A stretch of DNA of 58,386 nt from a bacterium (GTDB lineage Bacteria > Actinomycetota > Acidimicrobiia > Spongiisociales > ZC4RG35): positions 13,630-72,015 of the forward strand of contig JAHEIN010000002.1 of NCBI GenBank assembly GCA_024639335.1, written 5' to 3'. The notes under the pieces are model-generated. The model ran no database searches, had not been told where the DNA came from, and worked only from the letters and a program-made list of their open reading frames with translations. This document shows, one piece after another, positions 1 through 9,431 of this stretch. The position numbers and the translations under genes were made by a program. Position 1 is the first letter of the stretch. The number at the start of each line of letters is the position of its first letter.

Positions 1-2
1 CC

Positions 3-788
3 TCAGAACAGGCCCGACGTGCCTCCTCCATCGACCGAGATCGAGGTGCCGTTTATGTGGCGCGACTCGGGGAGGCACAGGAACACTGCGAGATTGGCGA
101 TGTCCCCGGGCTCCGCCAGGCGGCGAACCCCCTGCCTGTCGATGATCCGCTGCTCGAACTCCTCCGGCGTTACACCTGCCCCTTCGGCGCGGGCGCTCAT
201 CAGATTGTGATGGCGTTCTGTACGCGTCTGAGCCGGGTGGATGGTGTTCACGTTGACATCGTCTCTGAGCCCCTGACCGGCCAATGCCTTCGAGAAGTTG
301 GCGAACGCGGCATTGACGGCTCCCCCGATCATCACGTCGGGCGTGGGCATGCGAGCCAATCCGCCGATGATGTTGACCACCGTCCCGTGTGATTCCTCGA
401 GCTGGGGCCAGAACATCCGCGACAGTCGCACGGCGCCGTGGAACTTCAGGGCGAAACCGTCCAGCCAGGTCTCGTCGTCGAGATCCAGGAACGGCCCGGC
501 CTTCGTGGCACCGGCGCAGTTGACCAGGATGTCGACCCGGCCGAAGCCGTCCATCGTCGCCTCGTGCAACGCAGCGCAGCCCTCGACCGTTCTGAGGTCA
601 CCGGCGGCGGTCTCGGCGCGGACGCCGGTCGAGCCCGAGATCTCTGCGGCAGCTGCTGTGAGGTCTTCAGCCGTTCTCGCCGCCAGCATGCAGTGCACGC
701 CTTCTTCGGCCAGGCTCTGAGCGATCGCCCGGCCGATTCCCTTGCTTCCTCCGGTGACCACGGCCACCTTGTCTTCGAGCCTCTTCAT
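3..788 (-). CDS. SDR-family short-chain dehydrogenase/reductase (atypical; canonical YxxxK not evident by eye)
   Basis: 261-aa ORF with an N-terminal Rossmann motif VTGGSKGIGRAI and typical SDR length. Its start overlaps the stop of the upstream gene (ATGA). Confidence 0.85.
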   Translation of the reverse strand: MKRLEDKVAVVTGGSKGIGRAIAQSLAEEGVHCMLAARTAEDLTAAAAEISGSTGVRAETAAGDLRTVEGCAALHEATMDGFGRVDILVNCAGATKAGPFLDLDDETWLDGFALKFHGAVRLSRMFWPQLEESHGTVVNIIGGLARMPTPDVMIGGAVNAAFANFSKALAGQGLRDDVNVNTIHPAQTRTERHHNLMSARAEGAGVTPEEFEQRIIDRQGVRRLAEPGDIANLAVFLCLPESRHINGTSISVDGGGTSGLF

Positions 789-2914
789 GATGTTCCTTTC
801 TCTCCTTCTTGCTTCGTCGTCCTAGCCGGGACGGCCAGGGCATCCAGCGCGACCCATTCGGTACCCGACCATGCCAGCGGGTTGATTTCGATCTCGACCA
901 TATCGCTGCTCGCAAAACCCAAGCCGAGCGAAACGATGATCTCGCAGAGCCGGGGTGTCGCCTCCGGGTGGATCCGGTCGAGGGCTACGGCCAAGCCGGG
1001 AGCTCGTCGGACGAGTCTCGTTGCCTCTTCAGCGGTCTTCGGGACCAGTCCCATCACGGGGTCGAAACCTTCGGCAGCGATCCCGCCCAACCCAACCAGC
1101 ATCATCGGCCCGAAGACTGGATCGGTCACGGCACCGACGATGACCTCGAACCCGCTGATCTGTTGTTCGACCAGTGCGCCTGCGATTTCTGCATCTGGGC
1201 GGTGTCGAAGAGCACGTGAGGTGACCGCGGTGAACGCTTCGGCGGCGTCCCCGGCTGCCACGCCGGTCTCGATTCCCTCGACCTCGGTCTTGTGGAGGAT
1301 GTCCGGCGAGCAGACCTTGACCACCACCCGCCCACCCAGGCCGCTCGCAATCGCAGCGGCCTGTTCCGCCGACAGGGCGACCTTGCCCTGTGGGATGGCG
1401 ATCCCCCACTCCGAAACCCACTTCTTCGAGGCGGATTCCTCCATTGGAGCACCTGCCTCGACGCGTCCGGCCGCCACGGCGAACGACGTCGAGTCCGGCA
1501 CAGGCGAGGTCAGGCCCCCGAGGGCGCGGACGGCCGACCTCGGCTCCGTCGTCACCGGAAGTCCAGCCATGCGGAGCGCTTCGAGGCCGTGGGCGCCGAC
1601 ATCTCCGGCCATCCAGAGGTGAATCGCCGGTCGAGCCGATGCGATGAGCGCATCGACCCGTTCGGCGGTGTGAGCGGGCGGGTGTGCAGTCGACACAGCC
1701 AAGACGACGTCGTACTCGTCTGCGAAACGATCGACGACGGCACCGAACCGGGAGGCTCCACCGATGATTCCGCCCATGTCGAGCGGGTTGCTCGCTACGC
1801 CGTGTTCGAGGAGATCGTCGCCGAGCTCGGCCATGGTCGCCGGGCCCGGCTGGGGGAGCTCGACTCCGTGTCGTTCCGCCAGGTCGCTGAGCAGGATCGC
1901 CACACCTCCGGAGTGTGTGACGATGCCGACCCGTCTGCCGGCCGGTCGGGGAGCCCGGGCCATGACGTCGGCGATGTCCAGCAATTCGCCCGGCGTCTCT
2001 GCCATGGTGACGCCGAGCGAGGCGAGCACGCCTTCGAGGACGACGGCCGGGCGAGCCATGGCGCCGGTGTGTGTGGATGTCATCGCACTGCCGTGCTCGC
2101 TCGCCCCGAGCCTGCACACCACGACGGGTTTGCCCGAGGCTGAGGCCGCCGATATGGCTTCCAGGAATCGCTGCCCGTTGCGCACGGTCTCCATCACGAT
2201 GGCGATGGTGCGGATGTCGTCGAGCTCGGAGAGCGCGATGATCCCGTCGGCGATGTCGATGTCGCTCTCGTTGCCGACCGAGATCGACACCCCCAGACCG
2301 CCGCCCCGTTCGGCGGCGAGGTTGTGGATGTAGCTTCCCGTGCCTCCGCTCTGTGTGACGAGACCCACGGGACCGGACCGGATCTGGTCGGCAGGGCGAT
2401 CGAGGCAGGTCAGGAAGCTGACGGCGAGCTGTGCGCGCGGCCTGATCACTCCGCCCGAATTCGGGCCGAGGATGCGAACGCCGTGTCGAGCTGCGATCTT
2501 CGACAGCTCACGCTGCGTGGCACTCCCGCTCGACCCCGCCTCGGCGAAGCCGCCGGCGAACACGATGACCACTCCTGTCCCGACCGTGCCGGCGTCGTCG
2601 ACGATTCCCGGGACGGCTGTCGATGGGACCGCCGAGGCCACCAGGTCGGGAGCCTCCGGGAGGGACTGGAGCGAATCGAACATCTCCACGCCGGGCACCG
2701 TAGGGGTGCGCGGGTTGACACCCCAGACCTTTCCGGTGTACCCGACCTTGCGAAGTGATGACAGCACCCGGCCACCGTGCTTCGAGGCATCGTCGGACAG
2801 ACCGACGATGGCGATCGATTTCGGTGCCAGGAGCTGATCGAGATGCGTCACGGTGTTCGGCTCACTCCCGCAGATGGGGTGCGACTTCGGCCGCAAAGAG
2901 CTCGAGGCTGTCAT
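785..2914 (-). CDS. ADP-forming acyl-CoA synthetase family protein (CoA-binding + ATP-grasp)
   Basis: 709-aa ORF with an N-terminal CoA-binding motif KSIAIVGLSDDASKHGG and a C-terminal ATP-grasp-like region. An alternative GTG start at 2851 would remove the 53-nt overlap with the upstream LLM gene. Confidence 0.85.
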   Translation of the reverse strand: MTASSSLRPKSHPICGSEPNTVTHLDQLLAPKSIAIVGLSDDASKHGGRVLSSLRKVGYTGKVWGVNPRTPTVPGVEMFDSLQSLPEAPDLVASAVPSTAVPGIVDDAGTVGTGVVIVFAGGFAEAGSSGSATQRELSKIAARHGVRILGPNSGGVIRPRAQLAVSFLTCLDRPADQIRSGPVGLVTQSGGTGSYIHNLAAERGGGLGVSISVGNESDIDIADGIIALSELDDIRTIAIVMETVRNGQRFLEAISAASASGKPVVVCRLGASEHGSAMTSTHTGAMARPAVVLEGVLASLGVTMAETPGELLDIADVMARAPRPAGRRVGIVTHSGGVAILLSDLAERHGVELPQPGPATMAELGDDLLEHGVASNPLDMGGIIGGASRFGAVVDRFADEYDVVLAVSTAHPPAHTAERVDALIASARPAIHLWMAGDVGAHGLEALRMAGLPVTTEPRSAVRALGGLTSPVPDSTSFAVAAGRVEAGAPMEESASKKWVSEWGIAIPQGKVALSAEQAAAIASGLGGRVVVKVCSPDILHKTEVEGIETGVAAGDAAEAFTAVTSRALRHRPDAEIAGALVEQQISGFEVIVGAVTDPVFGPMMLVGLGGIAAEGFDPVMGLVPKTAEEATRLVRRAPGLAVALDRIHPEATPRLCEIIVSLGLGFASSDMVEIEINPLAWSGTEWVALDALAVPARTTKQEGEKGTS

Positions 2915-3821
2915 GTGCCCCCATGTCGTAGAAGTAGAGGATCATCTCGTCTGCGCCGGCATCCCGGTATCTGCCCAACTCCTCGATCGCCTCGGGAACG
3001 GTGCGGGCGAAATGCTCGGCAGCGAATGCCGCAGGCGTCGAGTTCCGTCGGACGGCGGCCGTCTCCAGCTTGGCGTCCAGATCGGCCTGGTCCCGGCCGA
3101 TCACCGACATCAGGTGCACCGACCGGCCGATCTCGTCGAAGTCGCGCCCCACGTCCTCGCAATGGCCGGCCAGGACGTTCGACTTGTGAACGAACGTCTC
3201 GACGCTGTCTCCGAAGTTGGCGTGATCGCCGTACTTGGCGACGATCTTCAGGGTCCGCTTCTCGCCGCCGCCTGCGATCCACAGAGGCGGGTAGGGCTGC
3301 TGGAGTGACTTCGGATGGGCGATCGCTCCGTCGAGGCGGTAGTGCTCGCCCGAGAACTGCCCGAGGTCGGAGGTCCACATCTCGATGAGCACCTGGGCGG
3401 CTTCCTCGAGCATGTCGAGGCGAATCCCTGCTCTCGGGAAGTCGTAGCCGTAGCCTTCGAACTCGCCGACCGACCAGCCCGCGCCGATGCCGACGTCGAG
3501 CCGGCCTCCGGAGATGGCATCGACCGACAGCGCGATCTTGCCGAGCAGCGAAGCCGGTCGATAGGGGACGCACGTGCACATCTGCCCGAGGCGGACCCTG
3601 TCGGTCGCCACGGCGAGTGCAGCCATCAGGCTCCATGCCTCGAACACGGTCTCCTGGCTGGGCACCGGGTGGGTGTGAAAGTGGTCGTAGACCCACATGG
3701 AATCGTATCCGGCTGCCTCGATTGTCGCCGCCGTCCTTGCGATGTGTGGCCACTGGTCGGCGACCGGCCGACCCACCTGATCCATCTTCCATCCCTGGGG
3801 TACGAATGTTCCGAACCTCAT
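2862..3821 (-). CDS. LLM-class (luciferase-like) F420/flavin-dependent oxidoreductase
   Basis: Family-like sequence begins at MRFGTFVPQGW (ATG 3821), inside a longer 549-aa ORF whose first ~230 aa are Arg/Pro-rich junk. There is an ATGA overlap with the MFS gene stop. Confidence 0.85.
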   Translation of the reverse strand: MRFGTFVPQGWKMDQVGRPVADQWPHIARTAATIEAAGYDSMWVYDHFHTHPVPSQETVFEAWSLMAALAVATDRVRLGQMCTCVPYRPASLLGKIALSVDAISGGRLDVGIGAGWSVGEFEGYGYDFPRAGIRLDMLEEAAQVLIEMWTSDLGQFSGEHYRLDGAIAHPKSLQQPYPPLWIAGGGEKRTLKIVAKYGDHANFGDSVETFVHKSNVLAGHCEDVGRDFDEIGRSVHLMSVIGRDQADLDAKLETAAVRRNSTPAAFAAEHFARTVPEAIEELGRYRDAGADEMILYFYDMGAHDSLELFAAEVAPHLRE

Positions 3822-5008
3822 GTGTGAACCTCCATGATTCCTTCCGTCCTGTATTCCAACTGTTTGCCGCCGATTCGCACGAGCACCGCAGACACGCCGA
3901 GTGCAACTGCCGCAGCCGTCCAGGCGGCTTGATAGCCCTTGGCCTCCACGATCAGCCCGAAGGTGAGCGGTCCCAGGATGCCACCGCCGAACTGGCCGGT
4001 GCCGAGGATCCCCGTTGCCGTTGCCGGTCCGCGCGGGCTCCGCGCCACGACGGCAAAACTCAACAGACTCGGCCACGCCCATCCCGCACCGAACACCAGC
4101 ATCGTGGCGACGACCAGGGCGAGCTCGGACTGGATCGCGCCGATCAGTCCGAACGCAAGTGCGCCCGTCCCGAGGAGCGAGGGGACGATGGTGAAGTGCA
4201 GGTCGGTGCGGAGGTCTCCGACCCATCCCCACCCGGTCCGGCCGAGGATGCCCACGATGCTTCCCACCGCCAGCAACGTGCCGGCCAGCGAGGGGGACGT
4301 GCCGCCGGCAACGGCTGATTCGACATAGAACGCACCCAACGATGCAGTGGCGTAGACGGCGAAGAATGCTCCCACGGACAGTATCCACAGGGGGAAGTGT
4401 TCGACGTCCTTGCCGTGCCCGTCTTCGTGTGCGGCAGCAGGCTGGGTGAGACCGAACCCGGCGATGATCGGCAGCGCCGCGACCCCTGCGAATGCAAAAG
4501 CCCATCGCCATCCGATCGTGGCGCCGATGAGTGGGACGGCGGCTCCGGCGAGCATCGTTGCGTACAGCGCCGACGACTGCTTGACGCCGAAGGCGACTCC
4601 CTGCCGCTCGAAAGGCACGCCGCGTGCCAGCGCGAGGTTCGAGGCGGGGTATGCCAGGGCATTGGCGACCCCGGCGACTGCCAGGAAGAAGGCCAGCTCG
4701 ATCCAGCTTCGCGCCAGCAGGCCGATCCCAGCCGATGACATGAGGCTCAGGCCTGCCGCCACAGCCATGGCTCGCGGGCCCCCGAGGCGTTGCGCAACGG
4801 TGCCTCCCACCCAGGTGAGGCCTGCGGATGCCAGGTAGTAGATGGTCGCCAGGGCCCCCAGGCGGGCTTCGCTGAATCCGAGCTCCGGCCGGATGAACAC
4901 GGCGAGCGCCCCGACGAGGAAGATCGGCAACGCTCCGAGCGTGATCGAGAGCGTCGTCGCCGTCAGCGTTGCGAGCGGATGCTGGGTGAGCGGTCGATCG
5001 CTGATCAC
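3818..5008 (-). CDS. MFS transporter
   Basis: 396 aa with about 12 hydrophobic segments. GTG start in a GTGA overlap with the upstream CoA-transferase stop. Paralogous in style to the MFS gene at 28588-29781. Confidence 0.85.
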   Translation of the reverse strand: MISDRPLTQHPLATLTATTLSITLGALPIFLVGALAVFIRPELGFSEARLGALATIYYLASAGLTWVGGTVAQRLGGPRAMAVAAGLSLMSSAGIGLLARSWIELAFFLAVAGVANALAYPASNLALARGVPFERQGVAFGVKQSSALYATMLAGAAVPLIGATIGWRWAFAFAGVAALPIIAGFGLTQPAAAHEDGHGKDVEHFPLWILSVGAFFAVYATASLGAFYVESAVAGGTSPSLAGTLLAVGSIVGILGRTGWGWVGDLRTDLHFTIVPSLLGTGALAFGLIGAIQSELALVVATMLVFGAGWAWPSLLSFAVVARSPRGPATATGILGTGQFGGGILGPLTFGLIVEAKGYQAAWTAAAVALGVSAVLVRIGGKQLEYRTEGIMEVHT

Positions 5009-6201
5009 TCGGATGGCGTCCAGGAGCCGATGATGCCGGTCTCGATCAGCCGGGCGACTTCATCGGGATCGATCCCGAGCCGTTGCTCGAGCACACGGCG
5101 GCTGTGTTGCCCGAGCATGGGAGCCGGTTTCCTCGGCATCGACCAGTCACTGAACTTGACCGGTGACGGCGGGTACCTGATCTCACCCAGCGTTGGGTGC
5201 TCGTACGTCTGCACCATGTCCCGGGCGACGACCTGAGGGTGGGTGAACACCTCTCCGACGTCGTTGACCGGTGCCGCCGGGATGTCGTGCTCGTCCAGAA
5301 TCCGCGCCCATTCGGCCTTCGGCTTCGTCTTGAACGTCTCGGTGAGGATGGGAACGATCTCGTCACGGTTCGCCACCCGCATGGCGTTGTTGGCGAATCG
5401 GGGGTCTTCTGCGAGCTCGGGTCGTCCAATCGCACCGCAGAGGTTTCGCCAGAACTTCTCGTCTCTGGCGGCGACCACCACGTATCCGTCGCCAGCCTCG
5501 AATGCCTGCCACGGAACCATGTGGGCATGTGCCGTCCCCTGACGTGTGACGTCCTTGCCCGAGTTCAGGTGATCGAGTGCGTCGTAACTGAGCATCGAGA
5601 CGAGCGAGTCGAGCATCGCGACGTCGGCGTGCCGTCCGTGGCCTCCCATTCCTCGCTCGGCCAGAGCGGCGAGGACCGAGATGCAAGAGAAGATGCCGCC
5701 GGCGATGTCTGCGAGCGGTATCCCCACCCTGGCAGGTGACCCGTCGGGGTCACCGGTGATGTCCATGTGCCCACTGAATGCTTGAACCACCAGGTCGAAG
5801 GCGGCCTTGTCCTTGAGGGGACCGGTTTCGCCGAACCCCGTCACCGACACCGTGATGATGTCCGGGTTTCGCTGCTTCAAGGTCTCGTGGTCGATCCCCA
5901 GCCGCTTCATGACACCCGGTCGGAAGTTGTCGACGACGACGTCGGCCTCCTCGACGAGCCGATAGAAGACATCGAGCCCCGCCGGCGTCTTGAGGTCGAT
6001 GACGACGCTCTCCTTGCCGCGGTTCATGAACAGGTGGATTGCGCTCTCACCGCGGAGGGGAGCGATCTTCGGGTTGCGTGCAGTGTCGCCCCTGATCGGC
6101 TCCACCTTGATGACTTCGGCGCCGAGTTCGGCGAGGATCGCCCCGCCGTAGGTTCCGGCGATCACCTGGCCGAGCTCGATGACCGTGACGCCGGTCAGCA
6201 T
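5005..6201 (-). CDS. Family III CoA-transferase (CaiB/BaiF type)
   Basis: 398 aa. The N-terminus VIELGQVIAGTYGGAILAELGAEVIKVEP is typical of CaiB/BaiF-type CoA transferases. Confidence 0.9.
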   Translation of the reverse strand: MLTGVTVIELGQVIAGTYGGAILAELGAEVIKVEPIRGDTARNPKIAPLRGESAIHLFMNRGKESVVIDLKTPAGLDVFYRLVEEADVVVDNFRPGVMKRLGIDHETLKQRNPDIITVSVTGFGETGPLKDKAAFDLVVQAFSGHMDITGDPDGSPARVGIPLADIAGGIFSCISVLAALAERGMGGHGRHADVAMLDSLVSMLSYDALDHLNSGKDVTRQGTAHAHMVPWQAFEAGDGYVVVAARDEKFWRNLCGAIGRPELAEDPRFANNAMRVANRDEIVPILTETFKTKPKAEWARILDEHDIPAAPVNDVGEVFTHPQVVARDMVQTYEHPTLGEIRYPPSPVKFSDWSMPRKPAPMLGQHSRRVLEQRLGIDPDEVARLIETGIIGSWTPSE

Positions 6202-6232
6202 GGCGTCGACGCAAGGTTGCGCTCTCGGTGCG

Positions 6233-7327
6233 TCACCACTCGAGCTTCACCACTTCGCCCGACGAGGCCGATTGGTCGACTGCTCGCGAGATCTTCAGCA
6301 CATCGATACCATCGGCGCCGGTGGCGAGGATCGGGTCCTGACGGTTCTGACCGACCGAGTTGATGAACGCGTGGGTCTCTTCCTGCATGGCTCCGAAATG
6401 CTCCCCGAGCGCCCAGTCGCCCGGCATGTAGGAACCGAGCATGGCGACGTTCATCGTCGCATCTGGCGTGTAGGGGGAGGGGATGGCCTTGCGGGAAGCC
6501 ATCAGTACGTCGCGATGGTCGTCCTTGACGCTCACGGTGCCCTCGCGCCCGAACAACTCGAAGTCCATCGTTGCCACATATGCGGGCCAGAACTCGGGCA
6601 GCTCCCAGCTGACTCCCAGGTTCGCGACCATGCCGTCATCGTAGGTCAGGACACACCACGTCGAGTCGGGGGTGTCGTAGTCGTCGTGGATGCGTCCCTT
6701 CGTCGAGCCGGCGGCGTAGACGGCGGTGGGCAGCCTGCCGTCGACATACCAGTTCAGGAGGTCGAACAGGTAGGTCATCGTGTTGATCGATGGCGTGGTC
6801 GTGCCCGCTCGGGAGATGACGGCTCTCGCAACCGACTCTGCGAGGTAGATGGTCGCCTTCGCGCTCGTCACGTCGCCGATGTAGCCCTTGTTGACGTGCT
6901 CCTTGATGGCCAGGTAGCGCCGGCGGAACCGTTGGGTGTACCCGGTGTACACCCGGACGCCGTACTCCTCGGCCGTCGCCAGCAGCTTGTAGCCCTCCTC
7001 GGGGAGGATGGTGAAGGGCTTCTCGATCAGCACCGTCTTTCCGGCTTGGATCGCGGCCATCGCCGGCTCGTAGTGGGCGTCTTCGGTGGACGCGATGATC
7101 ACCGCGTCGACATCGTCCCTCGACACGATGTCGAGTGCGTTGGTCGAGGAGATGTCTGCTTCGCACGAGTCGGCCAATCGATCGACCTTGGCAGGATCGA
7201 TGTCACACACCGCGAGGAAATCCACCGACGGGTGCCGGTGGGCTATCTCCGCCCGCAGGCTTCCGATGGATCCTGCGCCGACGACAGCCACGCCGACGCC
7301 GCCGTCGATGTACCTGCTTCTGGTCAT
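6233..7327 (-). CDS. Gfo/Idh/MocA family NAD(P)-dependent oxidoreductase
   Basis: 364 aa with an N-terminal dinucleotide fold VAVVGAGSIGSLRA and an EKP motif (VLIEKPF). Confidence 0.85.
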   Translation of the reverse strand: MTRSRYIDGGVGVAVVGAGSIGSLRAEIAHRHPSVDFLAVCDIDPAKVDRLADSCEADISSTNALDIVSRDDVDAVIIASTEDAHYEPAMAAIQAGKTVLIEKPFTILPEEGYKLLATAEEYGVRVYTGYTQRFRRRYLAIKEHVNKGYIGDVTSAKATIYLAESVARAVISRAGTTTPSINTMTYLFDLLNWYVDGRLPTAVYAAGSTKGRIHDDYDTPDSTWCVLTYDDGMVANLGVSWELPEFWPAYVATMDFELFGREGTVSVKDDHRDVLMASRKAIPSPYTPDATMNVAMLGSYMPGDWALGEHFGAMQEETHAFINSVGQNRQDPILATGADGIDVLKISRAVDQSASSGEVVKLEW

Positions 7328-8223
7328 GGCGTCTCCTGGTTCTGTCTGGCGGAGGCGCGTTCGGCTGCCTCGGCTCTGGCGATCACGGTCCTAGCAACTC
7401 GTGCAACTGCGTAGTCGACCATCTTTCCATCCACTGCGATGGATGCCGATCCCTCGGCTTCAGCCTGCTCGAATGCTTCGAGCACCTTGCGCTGATAGGC
7501 GACGACTTCGGGTGCAGGGGTGAAGACCTCGTTGATGACCGCGACCTGGGCGGGGTGGATCGCCACCTTCCCGACGTAGCCGAGACGTCTGGCTAGTTCG
7601 GTCTCGACCCGGAGGGCTTCGAGGTTGCGGAAGTCCATGAACACGGCTTCGAAGGGGTGTTGGATGCCTGCCGCCCGAGCCGACGCCAGCACTTGTGATC
7701 GCGTATACATCAGCCCGGTGCCCTCGGGCGTCCACTCGCACCCGAGGTCGGCGACCAGATCTCCCTGTTCGCCTCCGCCGAACATGATGCATTCGACCCG
7801 ATCGCTCGCGATCGCCATGTCATAGGTGTTCCGGCTGCCCAATCCGCTCTCGATGAGCGGGATGATCTCGACGCTTCCGTGCTCGTGACCGGCGACTCGT
7901 TCGAGTGCGGTGAGAGCGCCGTCGAGCTCCTTGATGAGGTCGGCGTGTTCTGCCTTGGGGATCATGATGCCGGCGACGCCGGCCCGGCCGGCCGCGACGA
8001 CGTCGTCCCACATCATGTCCGTCGTCGGCCCGTTCGTCCTCACGTACAGCGGCACGTGGGATTCGGGGAGATCGGAGAGCAGTTCCCTCGCCGTCGTCTT
8101 CGCCTCCAGGGCGACGGCGTCTTCGAGGTCGACGATGACTGCGTCGGTCCCCGACGCGATCGCCTTGACGATCAGGTCGCGGCGGTGGCCGGGTGTGAAC
8201 AACATCGAACGCAGTGGCTGCAT
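7324..8223 (-). CDS. HpcH/HpaI aldolase / citrate-lyase beta subunit-like (CitE; acyl-CoA lyase type)
   Basis: Starts at MQPLRSMLFTPG (ATG 8223, preceded by GAAGGAG) and carries a VIVDLEDAV motif. The longer 408-aa ORF prefix is low-complexity. Confidence 0.85.
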   Translation of the reverse strand: MQPLRSMLFTPGHRRDLIVKAIASGTDAVIVDLEDAVALEAKTTARELLSDLPESHVPLYVRTNGPTTDMMWDDVVAAGRAGVAGIMIPKAEHADLIKELDGALTALERVAGHEHGSVEIIPLIESGLGSRNTYDMAIASDRVECIMFGGGEQGDLVADLGCEWTPEGTGLMYTRSQVLASARAAGIQHPFEAVFMDFRNLEALRVETELARRLGYVGKVAIHPAQVAVINEVFTPAPEVVAYQRKVLEAFEQAEAEGSASIAVDGKMVDYAVARVARTVIARAEAAERASARQNQETP

Positions 8224-8236
8224 CAGCAGTTCTCCT

Positions 8237-9202
8237 TCACTTGATCGCCATCGGATTGAGCGGGGACCCGACCGCACGTGTGAACGGGAGCGGTGGTCCG
8301 CAGAACATGAACTCGTAGACGCCGTCGGTCGCACAGTCGTCGGCGATCGGGTCGAGGTCGAAGATCTCGCCGAGCCAGAGTCCCATATGGACGATGAGGA
8401 CGATGTGGAGCGGTTGGAACGTGTCCGGCGTCTCGTTCGGGCGCACCTCGAGGCCCCAGGTATCGGTGGCGATGGCTGCGATGTCGCGCTCGGCGATCCA
8501 GTCGACGCTGCCCAATCCGAGACCGGGGGCGTCACCCCCGGCATAGTCACCCCAGTCGCCGTTGGAGCGTGCCATCGTCATGGCGCCGGTCCGCACGAAG
8601 ACGAAGTCGCCTTCACCCACCTCCACGCCTGCGACGTCGGCGGCCTGTTGGAGTTGCTCGCCGTCGATCGCATGACCGGGCTCCAGCCAGTCGACTCCCT
8701 GCGCTCTCGGAATGTCCAGCAGCACACCTCGGCCGACCATGGAGTCGGCGGCGTTCTTGACGGAGTTCTTCATGGCGCCTTTGCTGCTCACCCACTCGGC
8801 GCCGTACCCGTTGTAGATCTGGTTCTCGAATGCGACATGGCCGAGTGCGTCCCATTGGGTGCCGCTCTGGAGCGGCATGATGATGAGATCGTCGGTGCCC
8901 CGGAAGTGACGCTCGTTGCCGCCGTAGAAGTCCCGGAGTGACGAGCCGGCGATCACATCGGCGCCGTCACGGATCATCAGGTGGATCGGGTTGAACCGGC
9001 CAAAGGCACCGGTCTGCGGTCCGGCGTCGTCGTAGGGGAGGGCCATCGAGATCGTCCGGCCTCGATTGACCAGCCCGGCTGCCGCCACGACGTGCTCGGG
9101 CCTGACCAGGTTCATGGTCCCGCGTTCGTCGTCGTCGCCCCATCGTCCCCAGTTGCTGTGTCTGGCCGACAGTTCCCGAACTGTCTCGATGGTTGGCTCC
9201 AT
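8237..9202 (-). CDS. Cyclase-family protein (kynurenine-formamidase-like fold)
   Basis: Starts at MEPTIETV (ATG 9202). SGTQWDALGHV resembles the HxGTHxDxPxH region of putative cyclases. Confidence 0.75.
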   Translation of the reverse strand: MEPTIETVRELSARHSNWGRWGDDDERGTMNLVRPEHVVAAAGLVNRGRTISMALPYDDAGPQTGAFGRFNPIHLMIRDGADVIAGSSLRDFYGGNERHFRGTDDLIIMPLQSGTQWDALGHVAFENQIYNGYGAEWVSSKGAMKNSVKNAADSMVGRGVLLDIPRAQGVDWLEPGHAIDGEQLQQAADVAGVEVGEGDFVFVRTGAMTMARSNGDWGDYAGGDAPGLGLGSVDWIAERDIAAIATDTWGLEVRPNETPDTFQPLHIVLIVHMGLWLGEIFDLDPIADDCATDGVYEFMFCGPPLPFTRAVGSPLNPMAIK

Positions 9203-9431
9203 GGTTCGACTCCCGTCTCGTCCGACTGGTTGGCGCAAAAAATGAGACGCCACGATCGTGCTCTCATCGAACGATATGCATTCGCGACACGGCCCGCAAC
9301 CAAAACCCCACTCGGTCATCGATTGATTCTGCTGTGTAGAGTGGCATGGGACCACGCAGGCCAAGGTGTCTTGTAATTCGGGACGCATTGGAAACCGCGA
9401 GCCGAGACGGGAGCAAACCGTGGAACAGTCG

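Noticed and set aside
3822-4511. N-terminal 230-aa extension of the LLM oxidoreductase ORF. Similar long 5' extensions occur at 8224-8550, 9203-9499, 23727-23876, 55579-55872 and 57937-58272.
   Set aside because: The extensions are Arg/Pro-rich, overlap the upstream gene, and precede an internal ATG where family-like sequence begins. Several of those internal ATGs are preceded by a good RBS, and others sit in a 4-nt stop-start overlap.
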